This document shows positions 28,575 to 38,681 of a stretch of DNA of 64,000 bases, piece by piece (the first letter of the stretch is position 1; the number at the start of each line of letters is the position of its first letter). The DNA is from a bacterium (lineage in GTDB: Bacteria; Patescibacteriota; Patescibacteriia; Patescibacteriales; GWC2-42-12), in NCBI GenBank assembly GCA_043807825.1, contig JAZDFM010000034.1, positions 2,700 to 66,699 on the forward strand. The letters are read 5' to 3'. The notes beneath the pieces were generated by a model, which was given only the letters and a program-made list of their open reading frames with translations, ran no database searches and was not told the origin of the DNA. The position numbers were made by a program, and so were the translations under genes.

Positions 28575-29663
28575 TTATTTTAACAAATTTTTAATTATTT
28601 TCGCCATAGATTGATTGGCTCCTTTTTTCATGGCTCCCGCCATATTCGCCGATAAACCCGCCAGCGCTTCTTTATCGGCCAGTAAATCTTTTATCAAGGC
28701 GGCAAAATTTTCCGGCGTCAGATTTTTTTGTTCCAAGACAATGGCGGCATTTTTATTTTTAAAAAATTCCGCGTTTTCTTCCTGATGCGAATTCGGCATG
28801 GGGATTATCACGCATGGCTTGCCCAAATAGGACAGCTCGGAAAGCATGCCGATGCCGGCGCGCGTTATAACCAAATCGGCGGCATTCATAATTTCGGCCA
28901 TTTTTTCCACGCCCAAAAATTCATATCGTTCATAATTTCCGCTTTTCACCTCCGTGTTTCCGCCTTTATTCTTCCCTGTTATATGCGCCACGCGGCAAAA
29001 CTTCGCCAATTCGCTTATACTATTTTCCACTAACTTATTGATCGCCGCAGACCCTGTTCCTCCGCCCAAAATCAATACTGCTGGAAAATCTTTGTTTATG
29101 CTTTGCGTTTTCAAACTCCGCCTTACCGGATTTCCGATCCACACGGCTTTTTTACCGTAATCTTTAAGGGAGCTTTCAAACACAACAGTCACGGCTTTGG
29201 CGAACGGCGCCATCAGCTTATTGGCCAGTCCGGCCGCGACATCCTGTTGATGAATTAAAATCGGAACACGCAATATCCATGCCGCCCAAATCGCCGGAAC
29301 GCTCACAAAACTGCCGGCGCTCATAGCCAAATCCGGCCGTGATTTCAGCATGATAAATAACGCCTGCCAAAAAGCTATTTTAATTTTAAAAATATCAAAA
29401 AAATTTTTAAAAGAAAAATAACGGCGCAACTTTCCGCCGCTTATAGCCATAAATTTAATTCCGGCGCGCTCTACCATCTCTCGCTCCGGCCCGAATTTCG
29501 TTCCCAGCCACAAAAATTCAAAATTGCCGCAAATTTTAAGCTCTTCAGCCGTGGCCAACAGCGGCGACACCGATCCGCCTGTTCCTCCGCCGGTTAACAA
29601 AATTTTATCCGCCTCGACTCGCCGAGGCGGACGAGACGGGTATTTTTTATTTTTTAAATTCAT
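28575..29663 (-). CDS. murG: Undecaprenyldiphospho-muramoylpentapeptide beta-N-acetylglucosaminyltransferase
   Basis: ILLTGGGTGGSVSPLLA N-terminal G-loop and a GT28 C-terminal domain. dcw cluster context. Confidence 0.9.
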   Translation of the reverse strand: MNLKNKKYPSRPPRRVEADKILLTGGGTGGSVSPLLATAEELKICGNFEFLWLGTKFGPEREMVERAGIKFMAISGGKLRRYFSFKNFFDIFKIKIAFWQALFIMLKSRPDLAMSAGSFVSVPAIWAAWILRVPILIHQQDVAAGLANKLMAPFAKAVTVVFESSLKDYGKKAVWIGNPVRRSLKTQSINKDFPAVLILGGGTGSAAINKLVENSISELAKFCRVAHITGKNKGGNTEVKSGNYERYEFLGVEKMAEIMNAADLVITRAGIGMLSELSYLGKPCVIIPMPNSHQEENAEFFKNKNAAIVLEQKNLTPENFAALIKDLLADKEALAGLSANMAGAMKKGANQSMAKIIKNLLK

Positions 29664-29962
29664 ATGGCAAACTCAAAAATTTTTACTTCATTTTTCAGCA
29701 CATAATTTAATTCTGCCGCTTCCACTTCCAAATCAAAATGCGACTGCAAATTAAGCCAAAATTGCGGCGAAACATTAAAATATTTCCCCAAACGAAGAGC
29801 TGTATCCGCGGAAACAGATCGCGCGCAATGAACAATTTCATTGATTCTGCGCGGAGCGACGCCGATATCTTTTGCTAAACGATATTGGCTGATTTTAAAA
29901 GGAACTAAAAATTCTTCTCTTAAAATTTCTCCGGGATGGATCGGTTTAATTTTTTTAGCCAT
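29660..29962 (-). CDS. higA: HigA-family antitoxin (XRE-type HTH)
   Basis: MAKKIKPIHPGEILREEFL...SQYRLAKDIGVAPRRINEIV...SADTALRLGKYFNVSPQFWLNLQ is a canonical HigA/VapI pattern. Overlaps the murG start by 4 nt. Confidence 0.85.
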   Translation of the reverse strand: MAKKIKPIHPGEILREEFLVPFKISQYRLAKDIGVAPRRINEIVHCARSVSADTALRLGKYFNVSPQFWLNLQSHFDLEVEAAELNYVLKNEVKIFEFAI

Positions 29963-29976
29963 ACAATTTATGATAA

Positions 29977-30261
29977 TTATAAATGATAATCAATGATTTC
30001 CACTTCATAAGCGTCTTGTTGCCGCCATTTAAAACAAATACGCCATTGATCATTGACGCGAATGCTATGCTGATCTTTTCTTTCGCCTTTTAATTTTTTT
30101 AAACAATTCGCGGGCGGTATTTTCAAATCGCTTATTGAATTCGCGGCGTTAATCATCCAAAGTTTGCGCATAGCCGTTCTTTGAATTACTGATGGCAATT
30201 TAAGCGAATATTCTCTATTGAATATTTTTTGAGTTTCTTTGCAGCCGAAACTTTTTATCAT
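29977..30261 (-). CDS. higB: HigB-family toxin (RelE/ParE superfamily mRNA interferase)
   Basis: MIKSFGCKETQKIF...NDQWRICFKWRQQDAYEVEIIDYH matches the HigB consensus (MIKSF..., NDQWRI.F.W..GDAY.V.I.DYH). The start was moved to MIKSF (ATG at 30261..30259). Confidence 0.85.
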   Translation of the reverse strand: MIKSFGCKETQKIFNREYSLKLPSVIQRTAMRKLWMINAANSISDLKIPPANCLKKLKGERKDQHSIRVNDQWRICFKWRQQDAYEVEIIDYHL

Positions 30262-30313
30262 ACGCATTATTATATTAACGCATTGAGATAATACTGTCAA
30301 GCGTTAATAATTT

Positions 30314-31459
30314 TTAAATTCTTTCTTGCCTTGTCTGCTTGCTGATATTCACCAATATACCCAAAGACGCCAAGACAGCGAGCATGGCCGAGCCGCCATA
30401 GCTTACCATAGGCAAAGGCACGCCGGTCATCGGCATTATGTTAACCATTCCGCCGATATTTATCAATGCTTGCGCCACGATGCAACTTGAAATCCCGACC
30501 GCCAAAATTTTTCCGAAATCGTCAGAAGAATTCTTGGCGATCATAACTCCGCGATAAAACAAAGCCAAATACAGCAAGATTAAGCCTGTTGAAAAAATAA
30601 AACCGGTTTCTTCGCTGATGATGGGAAAAATTGAATCGTTTTGCGCTTCGGGCAAATACAAAAATTTCTGCCGGGAAGCGCCAAATCCCCGCCCCCAAAC
30701 CCCCCCCGACCCGATTGCTATCAAAGATTGATTGATTTGATAACAATACTCCTTGGGCGAATATGACGGATCAAGCATGCACTTAAACCGATTAGCCTGA
30801 TAAGGATAAATATTTATCATAATTATCAAAGCCGCCAGCCCGAGCAATATCAAACCGGCCACATGCTTCAATTTCCCTCCGCCGATAAAATAAACAACCA
30901 AAGAAGACAAAGCGATAATGGTTAAAGTTCCCATATCCGGCTGAAGTATCATCAGCAAAGCGATCAATCCCAGAATAACCACAAACGGCCCTATGCCCTG
31001 CGAAATTTCGGCTAATTTATTTTTTCTCCCCTCAAGCCAAGCGGCTAAATAAATCAAAAAAGTAATTTTAACAAACTCCGAAGGCTGAAGAGAAAATCCG
31101 AAAATATTTATCCAGCTTCTTGATGTTCCCCAATCGCCGGCCAATCCCGGAATAAAAACCAAAAGCAACATCAATACCGAAAAAGCAAGCATTCCCAAAG
31201 CATATCTCCGCCAAATATGATAGTCAATTCTGGAAAAAACCCAAGCCGCGGCCAAACCCAAAACAAGGCCGAGAATTTGATGCTTGAAAAAATGATAGCT
31301 GTCCCCGAAAGCGTTATACGCGATAACGGAAGAAGAGCTGGAAAGCATCGCGAGCCCGAAAATCAATATGGCTCCGGCTATGAAAATAAGCGGCCTATCC
31401 GATTCATGGCCGCCTTTATAATTAACTAATTTATTAAACCAGCCAATAATTGAACTCAT
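30314..31459 (-). CDS. ftsW: Peptidoglycan glycosyltransferase FtsW (SEDS family)
   Basis: Ten-TM SEDS architecture with conserved ...SEFVKI..., ...PDMGT... and ...GGSAML... motifs. Follows mraY in dcw order. The start is placed at MSSIIGW to avoid a 29-nt overlap with mraY. Confidence 0.85.
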   Translation of the reverse strand: MSSIIGWFNKLVNYKGGHESDRPLIFIAGAILIFGLAMLSSSSSVIAYNAFGDSYHFFKHQILGLVLGLAAAWVFSRIDYHIWRRYALGMLAFSVLMLLLVFIPGLAGDWGTSRSWINIFGFSLQPSEFVKITFLIYLAAWLEGRKNKLAEISQGIGPFVVILGLIALLMILQPDMGTLTIIALSSLVVYFIGGGKLKHVAGLILLGLAALIIMINIYPYQANRFKCMLDPSYSPKEYCYQINQSLIAIGSGGVWGRGFGASRQKFLYLPEAQNDSIFPIISEETGFIFSTGLILLYLALFYRGVMIAKNSSDDFGKILAVGISSCIVAQALINIGGMVNIMPMTGVPLPMVSYGGSAMLAVLASLGILVNISKQTRQERI

Positions 31460-31478
31460 GATAATTAAATTATATCTT

Positions 31479-32528
31479 TTACATCGTCTTATCCAGCAAA
31501 AACACAATCAACCCGATCGCCGCGCTTACTCCGGCAATAACCCAAAAACGCATGACTATTTTAGGCTCCGGCCAGCCGATGGCTTCAAAATGATGGTGAA
31601 TCGGAGAAGAAATGAATATTTTTTTTCCTCTGATTTTTTTTGACAGTTGCTGGATGATCACCGAGAAAGATTCCGCGGCGAAAACAAAACCGATAATCGG
31701 CAATATCAAAGCCGAATTGGTAAGCATGGCGATCACGCCCAAAGTTATGCCCAAGCTCATGGCTCCGGTATCGCCCATGTAAAATCTTGCCGGATTGATG
31801 TTAAACCACAAAAAAGCCAGCAAAGCTCCGACAATGACCCCGCAAAAAGCCGCCAAGTCATATTTTCCCATTGAGAAAGATATGACGCCGAAAGCCGCGA
31901 AGCACAAAAGCAAAACTCCTCCGGCCAAACCGTCAAGCCCGTCGGTTTCATTAACTGAAAAAGCCGTTGCTGTCAAAACAAAAACAAAAATCAGCATATA
32001 CGGCCAGCCGATTTGGTAATCGCCAAAAAATGGAACATGAAAAATATCCCAACCTAATTTGAAATAAAACCATAAAGCCCCGAAGCATGCTATCATCGCG
32101 TAAATAAGCAAACGATGTTTGACTTTCAATCCTCCGCCGCGCGAAACTCCCTTGCCTCTTACATCAAGCCAATCGTCAAATAAGCCGACAAGCGCGGTGG
32201 CGACCAAAGCTCCCAGCGGCAAAACAGTTTCTTTGCGGGATAAAAAATTAAGATGATTAAAAATGTCGGAGGAAAAAATTTTCGGCAAGAAATAAAAAAC
32301 AGCGGCTATTATCAAAACCGTAACCCATATTAAAATTCCGCCCATCGTAGGCGTGCCGTCTTTATGCGCGTGCAATTTGGTATAAACCGGCGTTGAACCG
32401 TTTGATCTGATTTTTTTTCCCAAATTGTATTTATACAAATAATGCGTAAGCAATGGCGTCCAAAAAATAGCGAAAATAAACGCCAGCGCCGTTAAAAACA
32501 AAATTTTTATCACATAAAAATCAAACAT
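31479..32528 (-). CDS. mraY: Phospho-N-acetylmuramoyl-pentapeptide transferase
   Basis: Polytopic protein with DD..D and ...GLDGLAGG... MraY motifs. Confidence 0.9.
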   Translation of the reverse strand: MFDFYVIKILFLTALAFIFAIFWTPLLTHYLYKYNLGKKIRSNGSTPVYTKLHAHKDGTPTMGGILIWVTVLIIAAVFYFLPKIFSSDIFNHLNFLSRKETVLPLGALVATALVGLFDDWLDVRGKGVSRGGGLKVKHRLLIYAMIACFGALWFYFKLGWDIFHVPFFGDYQIGWPYMLIFVFVLTATAFSVNETDGLDGLAGGVLLLCFAAFGVISFSMGKYDLAAFCGVIVGALLAFLWFNINPARFYMGDTGAMSLGITLGVIAMLTNSALILPIIGFVFAAESFSVIIQQLSKKIRGKKIFISSPIHHHFEAIGWPEPKIVMRFWVIAGVSAAIGLIVFLLDKTM

Positions 32529-32532
32529 ATCT

Positions 32533-32946
32533 TTATCTGAAATTGACTAAATATATGGCAATGGTTCCGGCGATCAGAAATAAATTGGCCAATATTGAAA
32601 AGCCGAATAACAAATGAATTAAAAATTTATTGCTCCTGAAAATATTTAAAAGCAAAATAAAATTTATCACTATAAACGACAAGCCGAGAGTCGGAATAAT
32701 ATATATATCCCTCGCCGCGCCGATTAAATTCACGCCCAAATTCACATTATAATGCAAAACAACGAGATTTTGGCTCACATTATTATTGATATATAACGCC
32801 AAGAGCCAATTTACAATATTCAAAAAAAACAAAGACGCCAAATATATCCTTACAAACACGAATCTCAACAGCTGAAAAACAGCCTGCGCCAGCCTTTCCC
32901 GGCTCAAATACAGATAATTTAATATTTTACTGCTGCCGATATCCAT
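32533..32946 (-). CDS. Hypothetical membrane protein
   Basis: 137-aa hydrophobic ORF at the head of the dcw-like operon. Confidence 0.35.
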   Translation of the reverse strand: MDIGSSKILNYLYLSRERLAQAVFQLLRFVFVRIYLASLFFLNIVNWLLALYINNNVSQNLVVLHYNVNLGVNLIGAARDIYIIPTLGLSFIVINFILLLNIFRSNKFLIHLLFGFSILANLFLIAGTIAIYLVNFR

Positions 32947-33032
32947 GAATTCAATTTAACATATTTCTGATAAAAAACAAATACAGTCTCCGCGGCTATG
33001 CTTTATTTATAATTTTATGCTATAATAATTAC

Positions 33033-34754
33033 ATGCTGTCAAATCAACAATTGAAAAAAATATTGGAAAAATCGGATATTATTCCGGCGCAAGAATTTGA
33101 AAAATTTTCCAAAGAAGCGGAAAAATGCGGAAAAACTTTGGAAAATTATTTAATTGAAAAAAAAATAACAACCGCCGATTGTCTTTATGAAAACGCCGCG
33201 AGCTATTTCAAAGTGCCTTTTATCAATTTGAAAGACCAAAATATAAGAAAAGATGTTTTATTCAGCATCCCCGAACCTATCGCCTCAACGCATAAAGTTA
33301 TCGCTTTTGATTCAAACGATAAAGAAATAAAAATTGCCACTCTGAATCCCGAAGACATGGAAATTTTTGAATTTATAGGGAAAAAAACCAATTTAAAGCC
33401 CGTCATTTATCTGACCGCTCCGGAAAATCTTAAAGAAGCCATTAAACAATACCACAAAAGCTTGAAAGCCGAATTCAAGGATTTTGAAGAAAATAACATT
33501 AACTCCGGAGATGAAAATCTCAAAAAATTAGCTGAAAACCTGCCCATTGTCCGAATTGTTGACACGCTTTTGGAATACGCGATTTTTGAAGGCGCGAGCG
33601 ATATCCATATAGAGCCGGAAGAAAAAGATGTCATAGCGCGCTACCGCATTGACGGAATTTTAAGGACCGTAATGACATTGCCAAAAAATGTCCAACCCGG
33701 AATTATCGCGAGAATAAAAATATTGGCGAATTTGAAAATTGACGAACATCGCCTTCCGCAAGACGGCCGGTTTAAAATAAGCTCCAAAGAATACAAAGTT
33801 TCTTTCAGAGTTTCAATTATTCCGACTTTTGACGGAGAAAAAATCGTCATGCGATTGCTTAGCGAAAAAGCGCAAGCCTTAAGCCTTGAACAGCTTGGGC
33901 TTCAGCCTTCGGCCCTTGAATCAATCAAAAGAAATATCTCCAAGCCCCATGGAATGATTTTGGTAACCGGCCCCACAGGCTCGGGAAAAACAACAACGCT
34001 TTACACGATGATGAATATTTTAAACACTCCGGAAGTGAACATCGTGACTATTGAAGATCCGATTGAATACAGAATGCCCCGCGTCAACCAATCGCAAGTA
34101 AATCCGAAAATCGGCTATTCGTTCGCGGCCGGATTAAGAGCTTTCTTAAGGCAAGACCCCAATATCATCATGGTCGGGGAAATTCGCGACCAGGAAACAG
34201 CGGAAATAGCGATTCACGCCGCTATGACCGGGCATTTGGTTTTATCAACTTTGCATACCAACGACGCCATCACATCGCTACCCCGCCTTTCGGACATGGG
34301 AGTGCCAGCGTTTTTGGTGGCGTCAACGACAAATATCATAATAGCTCAAAGGCTTGTGAGAAAAATATGCCCGAATTGCATTCAGAGCTACAAATTGGAC
34401 AAACAGACAATCAACGAATTAAAAAAACAAATTGACCTTGAAAATATCATGCGGACGCTGGAAGAGAAAAAAATAATCGCCAATGCCAAACAAGGCATAG
34501 AATCTCTGCTGTTTTACAGGGGGAAAGGATGCAAACAATGCTCAAGCTCCGGCTACAAAGGAAGAATGGGAATCTATGAAGTTTTGGAAATCACCAAAGA
34601 AATGTCCGAGCTGATACTGAAAAAAGCTTCTCTATCAGACCTTAAAAAGCAATCGGAAAAACAAAATATGCTCACGATAGTTGAAGACGGATTCATCAAG
34701 GCCAAAAACGGCATTACAACAATTGAAGAAATAATGAGAGTCACAAAAGAATAA
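33033..34754 (+). CDS. pilB: Type IV pilus / type II secretion assembly ATPase (PilB/GspE family)
   Basis: Walker A LVTGPTGSGKTTTLY, Asp box, His box, and the tetracysteine motif CPNC...CKQC. Confidence 0.9.
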   Translation: MLSNQQLKKILEKSDIIPAQEFEKFSKEAEKCGKTLENYLIEKKITTADCLYENAASYFKVPFINLKDQNIRKDVLFSIPEPIASTHKVIAFDSNDKEIKIATLNPEDMEIFEFIGKKTNLKPVIYLTAPENLKEAIKQYHKSLKAEFKDFEENNINSGDENLKKLAENLPIVRIVDTLLEYAIFEGASDIHIEPEEKDVIARYRIDGILRTVMTLPKNVQPGIIARIKILANLKIDEHRLPQDGRFKISSKEYKVSFRVSIIPTFDGEKIVMRLLSEKAQALSLEQLGLQPSALESIKRNISKPHGMILVTGPTGSGKTTTLYTMMNILNTPEVNIVTIEDPIEYRMPRVNQSQVNPKIGYSFAAGLRAFLRQDPNIIMVGEIRDQETAEIAIHAAMTGHLVLSTLHTNDAITSLPRLSDMGVPAFLVASTTNIIIAQRLVRKICPNCIQSYKLDKQTINELKKQIDLENIMRTLEEKKIIANAKQGIESLLFYRGKGCKQCSSSGYKGRMGIYEVLEITKEMSELILKKASLSDLKKQSEKQNMLTIVEDGFIKAKNGITTIEEIMRVTKE

Positions 34755-34758
34755 TTTT

Positions 34759-35922
34759 ATGCCGATAAATTTCCCCCAAAAAAACGAACAGCCGGATCAA
34801 GCCGGGCAAAAAACGGAATCGCCGGAAAAAATCAATTCCATTAAAAACGCCATTGACAGAATAAACATTTTTTTGGAAAAATTTTCTCCTATTCCGATTT
34901 CCGAAAAATTATTTTTTGTCCAGCATTTAGGGATAATGCTCAAAGCCGGAATTTCTTTGTCAACCGCTCTGAAAACTTTATCAAAGCAGACAAGCAATAA
35001 AAAATTCTCAAAAATAATAACCGGAATTTCAAAAAATGTTGAAAAAGGGGTGAGCTTCACCGAGAGCCTCAAGCCTTATGAAAAAATTTTCGGCCAGCTT
35101 TTTATCAATATGATAGAATCCGGCGAAATTTCCGGAAAATTGGAAGAAGTGCTGAAAAGGCTGTATATACAATTCAAAAAAAACCATGAAATTGTTTCAA
35201 AAGTAAGAGGGGCGCTCACTTATCCGATTGTCATTTTGACAGCCATGGCTGGCATCGGAATATTCATGATGATATCGGTAATTCCGAAAATCACCTCCAT
35301 GTTCAAAGATTTTGACGCCGAACTGCCTTTGGCCACGAAACTGCTCATCAAATTATCGGACAGTTTGATAGCCAACGGACTGCTTTATCTGGCGGGATTT
35401 ATTGTTTTCATAATTATTATAATAAAATTGATCAAAACAACAAAAGGAAAATATATTTTTGACGGGCTTATTTTAAAAACGCCGATTTTTTCCGCCATAG
35501 TCAAAAAAATAAATCTCGCCCGTTTCGCGCGGACTATCAGCTCTCTTTTAAAAACAGACATCATGTTAGTCAAGAGCTTTCAAATAACCGCCAATATCCT
35601 CGGCAACTCGCATTACAAGGAAGCTTTGAACCAAATGGGAGATAAAATAAAAAAAGGAGGCACCATCAATGAAGTTATCGCGAACCATGAAAAATTATTT
35701 CCGCCGGTTGTGGCGCAAATGATTTCAATAGGAGAAGACACCGGCGAGCTTGATTATATACTTGAAGAGCTGGCCGAATTTTACGAAGGTGAAATAGACC
35801 AAACCATGAATAACCTGCCTTCAATCATTGAGCCTATTTTAATATTGTTTTTGGGATTGATTGTGGGCGGAATGGCCGTGGCGGTGATTATGCCGATGTA
35901 TTCTTTAACTTCAGCCATATGA
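34759..35922 (+). CDS. pilC: Type IV pilus platform protein PilC/GspF family
   Basis: Two GspF repeats with 3 TM segments. Adjacent to pilB. Confidence 0.85.
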   Translation: MPINFPQKNEQPDQAGQKTESPEKINSIKNAIDRINIFLEKFSPIPISEKLFFVQHLGIMLKAGISLSTALKTLSKQTSNKKFSKIITGISKNVEKGVSFTESLKPYEKIFGQLFINMIESGEISGKLEEVLKRLYIQFKKNHEIVSKVRGALTYPIVILTAMAGIGIFMMISVIPKITSMFKDFDAELPLATKLLIKLSDSLIANGLLYLAGFIVFIIIIIKLIKTTKGKYIFDGLILKTPIFSAIVKKINLARFARTISSLLKTDIMLVKSFQITANILGNSHYKEALNQMGDKIKKGGTINEVIANHEKLFPPVVAQMISIGEDTGELDYILEELAEFYEGEIDQTMNNLPSIIEPILILFLGLIVGGMAVAVIMPMYSLTSAI

Positions 35923-36371
35923 TTTTTCATAAAAACAACCGCGGGAGCATGCTGATTGATGTGATTGTCGCGCTCGGAATTATCGCTCTCATGTCAACAC
36001 TGGCCATACCTTACATAAAAAAATACCAGCCGAATTTAAAATTGAACGCGGACGCGCGCAATCTGGCGTCGGATTTAAGATACGCCCAGCAGTTAACGAT
36101 AACGGAACAAAAAATCCATATAACAAGCTTTGACTTGATAAATAACAAATATGACATTTTAAAAATTGACGCCGCCACCACTACGGTAAAAACGGTTTTT
36201 TTTGATCCGGAAGTGAGCTTCAAGCAAATTACGGGGCTGGCGAACGATCAAGCCGTTTTTAATTTTTACGGCGGCGTAAGCCAGTCCGGGCAAATAATTT
36301 TAACCAATATCAACAACATTGACGCCGTGATCAACATAAAACCGTCCGGATATATTCAATTAACCGAATAA
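35919..36371 (+). CDS. Pseudopilin-like protein (GspH/FimT-like; atypical N-terminal motif with Asp at +5)
   Basis: N-terminus NNRG|SMLIDVIVALGIIAL resembles the class III prepilin signal, but D replaces the near-invariant E5. Confidence 0.5.
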   Translation: MIFHKNNRGSMLIDVIVALGIIALMSTLAIPYIKKYQPNLKLNADARNLASDLRYAQQLTITEQKIHITSFDLINNKYDILKIDAATTTVKTVFFDPEVSFKQITGLANDQAVFNFYGGVSQSGQIILTNINNIDAVINIKPSGYIQLTE

Positions 36372-36373
36372 AA

Positions 36374-36814
36374 ATGAATTTCAAATATATTAAAAAACTT
36401 TATTGCCAAAAAGGCATAATGCTGATTGAAATCATGGTGTCTTTTACAATATTGGTAATCGCTTTCATCGCTTTGATGCAAGTTTATCCTTTCAGCGCGG
36501 CCATCAACAAATCAGCCGAAAACGCCACTAAAGCTTCTTACGCCGCCCAAATGAAAATTGAAGAGCTTAATTCTCTCGGTTATGATAATATCGGCGTCGG
36601 CGTCGTAGAAGACAAACATCGCTTATCGGATGATTCTTCAAATTATTTATATTTTTTTCAAAGGCAAACTTCAGTGGATTATGTTGACGGTAATTTGCAA
36701 AACAGCGCTTCAAACACCGGACTGAAAAAAATCACCGTCACGGTTTATTACACGGCCGACCTGTTGAAAACCGAGAAATCTTACGCTACTTATTCTTTAA
36801 TATCCCGCTGGTGA
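36374..36814 (+). CDS. Prepilin-type N-terminal cleavage/methylation domain protein
   Basis: QKG|IMLIEIMVSFTILVIAF (G-1, E+5). Confidence 0.6.
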   Translation: MNFKYIKKLYCQKGIMLIEIMVSFTILVIAFIALMQVYPFSAAINKSAENATKASYAAQMKIEELNSLGYDNIGVGVVEDKHRLSDDSSNYLYFFQRQTSVDYVDGNLQNSASNTGLKKITVTVYYTADLLKTEKSYATYSLISRW

Positions 36815-36815
36815 T

Positions 36816-37409
36816 ATGAAACAAAAAAAACTATCCGCCAAAAACTCCGATCCAAAGGGATTTACCCTGCTGGAAATAATCGTCAGCTTATCGCTTTTCG
36901 TAATTATCGTCATTTTAGTCAATGAAATTTACGCGGCTTCTCAACGATCTTACGATCAAAATTCCGGCCAAGGAGAATTGTCGCAAAATGTCAGAGTGTC
37001 TTTTGACCGGATGTCCAGAGAATTAAGGCAATCAAACAGCATTATCACGGCTTTGCCCGCGTCAAAGGATGATCCGTCAAACCCTCCGGCCGAACAGCTT
37101 TTTTTTCAAGACGGCCACGATGCCGATCTTATCACTTATATCCGCTATTATCTTAACGGTTCCGACTTGATGAGGCAGAGCAAAGCGTATTATTTTGACA
37201 CCGATCCTTCAACTTATGTCGCTTACAACAGCCTTGACTATGGAGGCTACCCGCCGAACGAATTGGTTATTGATGACAGAATAATCGGGGAATATTTCAA
37301 CGGCATAAAATTTTGGGGTTCAAACGGAGTTATCAACATGGAATTGAATTTGCTAAAAAACCAAAATTCGCTCAATATTGAAACTTTAATTTACAGCCGA
37401 AACCGCTAA
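36816..37409 (+). CDS. Prepilin-type N-terminal cleavage/methylation domain protein (minor pilin/pseudopilin)
   Basis: KG|FTLLEIIVSLSLFVIIV is a canonical GFTLLE motif. Confidence 0.7.
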   Translation: MKQKKLSAKNSDPKGFTLLEIIVSLSLFVIIVILVNEIYAASQRSYDQNSGQGELSQNVRVSFDRMSRELRQSNSIITALPASKDDPSNPPAEQLFFQDGHDADLITYIRYYLNGSDLMRQSKAYYFDTDPSTYVAYNSLDYGGYPPNELVIDDRIIGEYFNGIKFWGSNGVINMELNLLKNQNSLNIETLIYSRNR

Positions 37410-37412
37410 ATT

Positions 37413-38651
37413 ATGGCGATAATAAATAATTTCAAAAAAAACAAAGGCATAGCGCTGATTTTAACGATACTGATAATGAACATGATTTTATTTTTGTCAT
37501 TATATATTTTAACTTCTTCTCTTACGGAAAGCCGGATCGCCAAAAGCCAATCAATCGGCGCCAAAACTTATTATTTGTCCGAAGCCGGCGCGCAAGACAT
37601 GATTTGGAAATTAAAAAACGACCCGGCTTACAAAACAAATTTTGAAACAAACCCCGCATGGACAGCCAATTTTACCAGAACCGACCCTTTCGGCGCCAAC
37701 AGCGGCAGCTATACCGCCAGCATAGTTAATTCAAGTTTAGCGCACGGCGAAATAACCGCCTCCAGTTCAATCGCCATCGGCGGCGGCAAATACAGCCGAA
37801 GAGTGATAAAAACTAAAATTTATAAAGCCATCGGCAATTCTTTGCTGGGCGATATCGCCGGCTACGGAGATCATGACATTGAAATTTCCAACAGCGCTCT
37901 CAACATTTACAATGGAGGCATTCATGCCAATCATGATTTTAAAGCCAAACAAAACAGCGCGGCTTACATTGAAAAAAATTTATCGGTCGTACACGATTAC
38001 TCCGAAGACATAAGCTCCACTATCACCGTCGGCGGCAATATTTATTCGCAAGACAATCCTCCGGCTCCCGATGCCATAGATATGCCGGCGATTGATTTTG
38101 ATTCTCATCAGCCGACTTCTTATAAAAACAAAGCCGACATAATTTATGACGATGATGATTTTGAAGATTTGATGAGAAACAACCAAACCCTGATATTGAA
38201 CGATGATATTACATATATAGACAAAGATGTGAGATTAAGAGGCGGGCAGAATTTAATAATCAACGGCTTACTTGTGATTGAACACGATTTGGAAGTCGGC
38301 AAAGACAGATGCTGGGAGTCGCGTTGCGGCAACAGCTCAATCACTGTGAACAACACTCCGGGCAAAGCCTCCGGCATTTTGGTAAAACATAAAATTGAAT
38401 TTAAAGAATGGACCGGCGATGTGAACGCCAGCGGATTGATTTACGCCAGCCAAGACATAAAAATAGACGGATTGCCGTCCGGCTATAATTTTAATGTTTC
38501 CGGAGCCTTGATCGGCGGGCATGATTTAGACATTAACAGTTCCGCTCGGGCGATAAATATCACCAAAAATGACGACACCTTCGTCGGCGTTATCGGATCC
38601 GCCGAATTTTCACCCATCATCATGGTTGAACACTGGGAAGAAGAATATTAA
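37413..38651 (+). CDS. PilX-like large minor pilin / pilus-associated protein
   Basis: KGIALILTILIMNMILFLSLYILTSS...AEAGAQ resembles the PilX N-terminus (no E5). 412 aa with an Asn/Gly/Asp-rich beta-type C-terminal region. Confidence 0.45.
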   Translation: MAIINNFKKNKGIALILTILIMNMILFLSLYILTSSLTESRIAKSQSIGAKTYYLSEAGAQDMIWKLKNDPAYKTNFETNPAWTANFTRTDPFGANSGSYTASIVNSSLAHGEITASSSIAIGGGKYSRRVIKTKIYKAIGNSLLGDIAGYGDHDIEISNSALNIYNGGIHANHDFKAKQNSAAYIEKNLSVVHDYSEDISSTITVGGNIYSQDNPPAPDAIDMPAIDFDSHQPTSYKNKADIIYDDDDFEDLMRNNQTLILNDDITYIDKDVRLRGGQNLIINGLLVIEHDLEVGKDRCWESRCGNSSITVNNTPGKASGILVKHKIEFKEWTGDVNASGLIYASQDIKIDGLPSGYNFNVSGALIGGHDLDINSSARAINITKNDDTFVGVIGSAEFSPIIMVEHWEEEY

Positions 38652-38681
38652 AATTTTTCATATTATGCTATAATTCACAAT

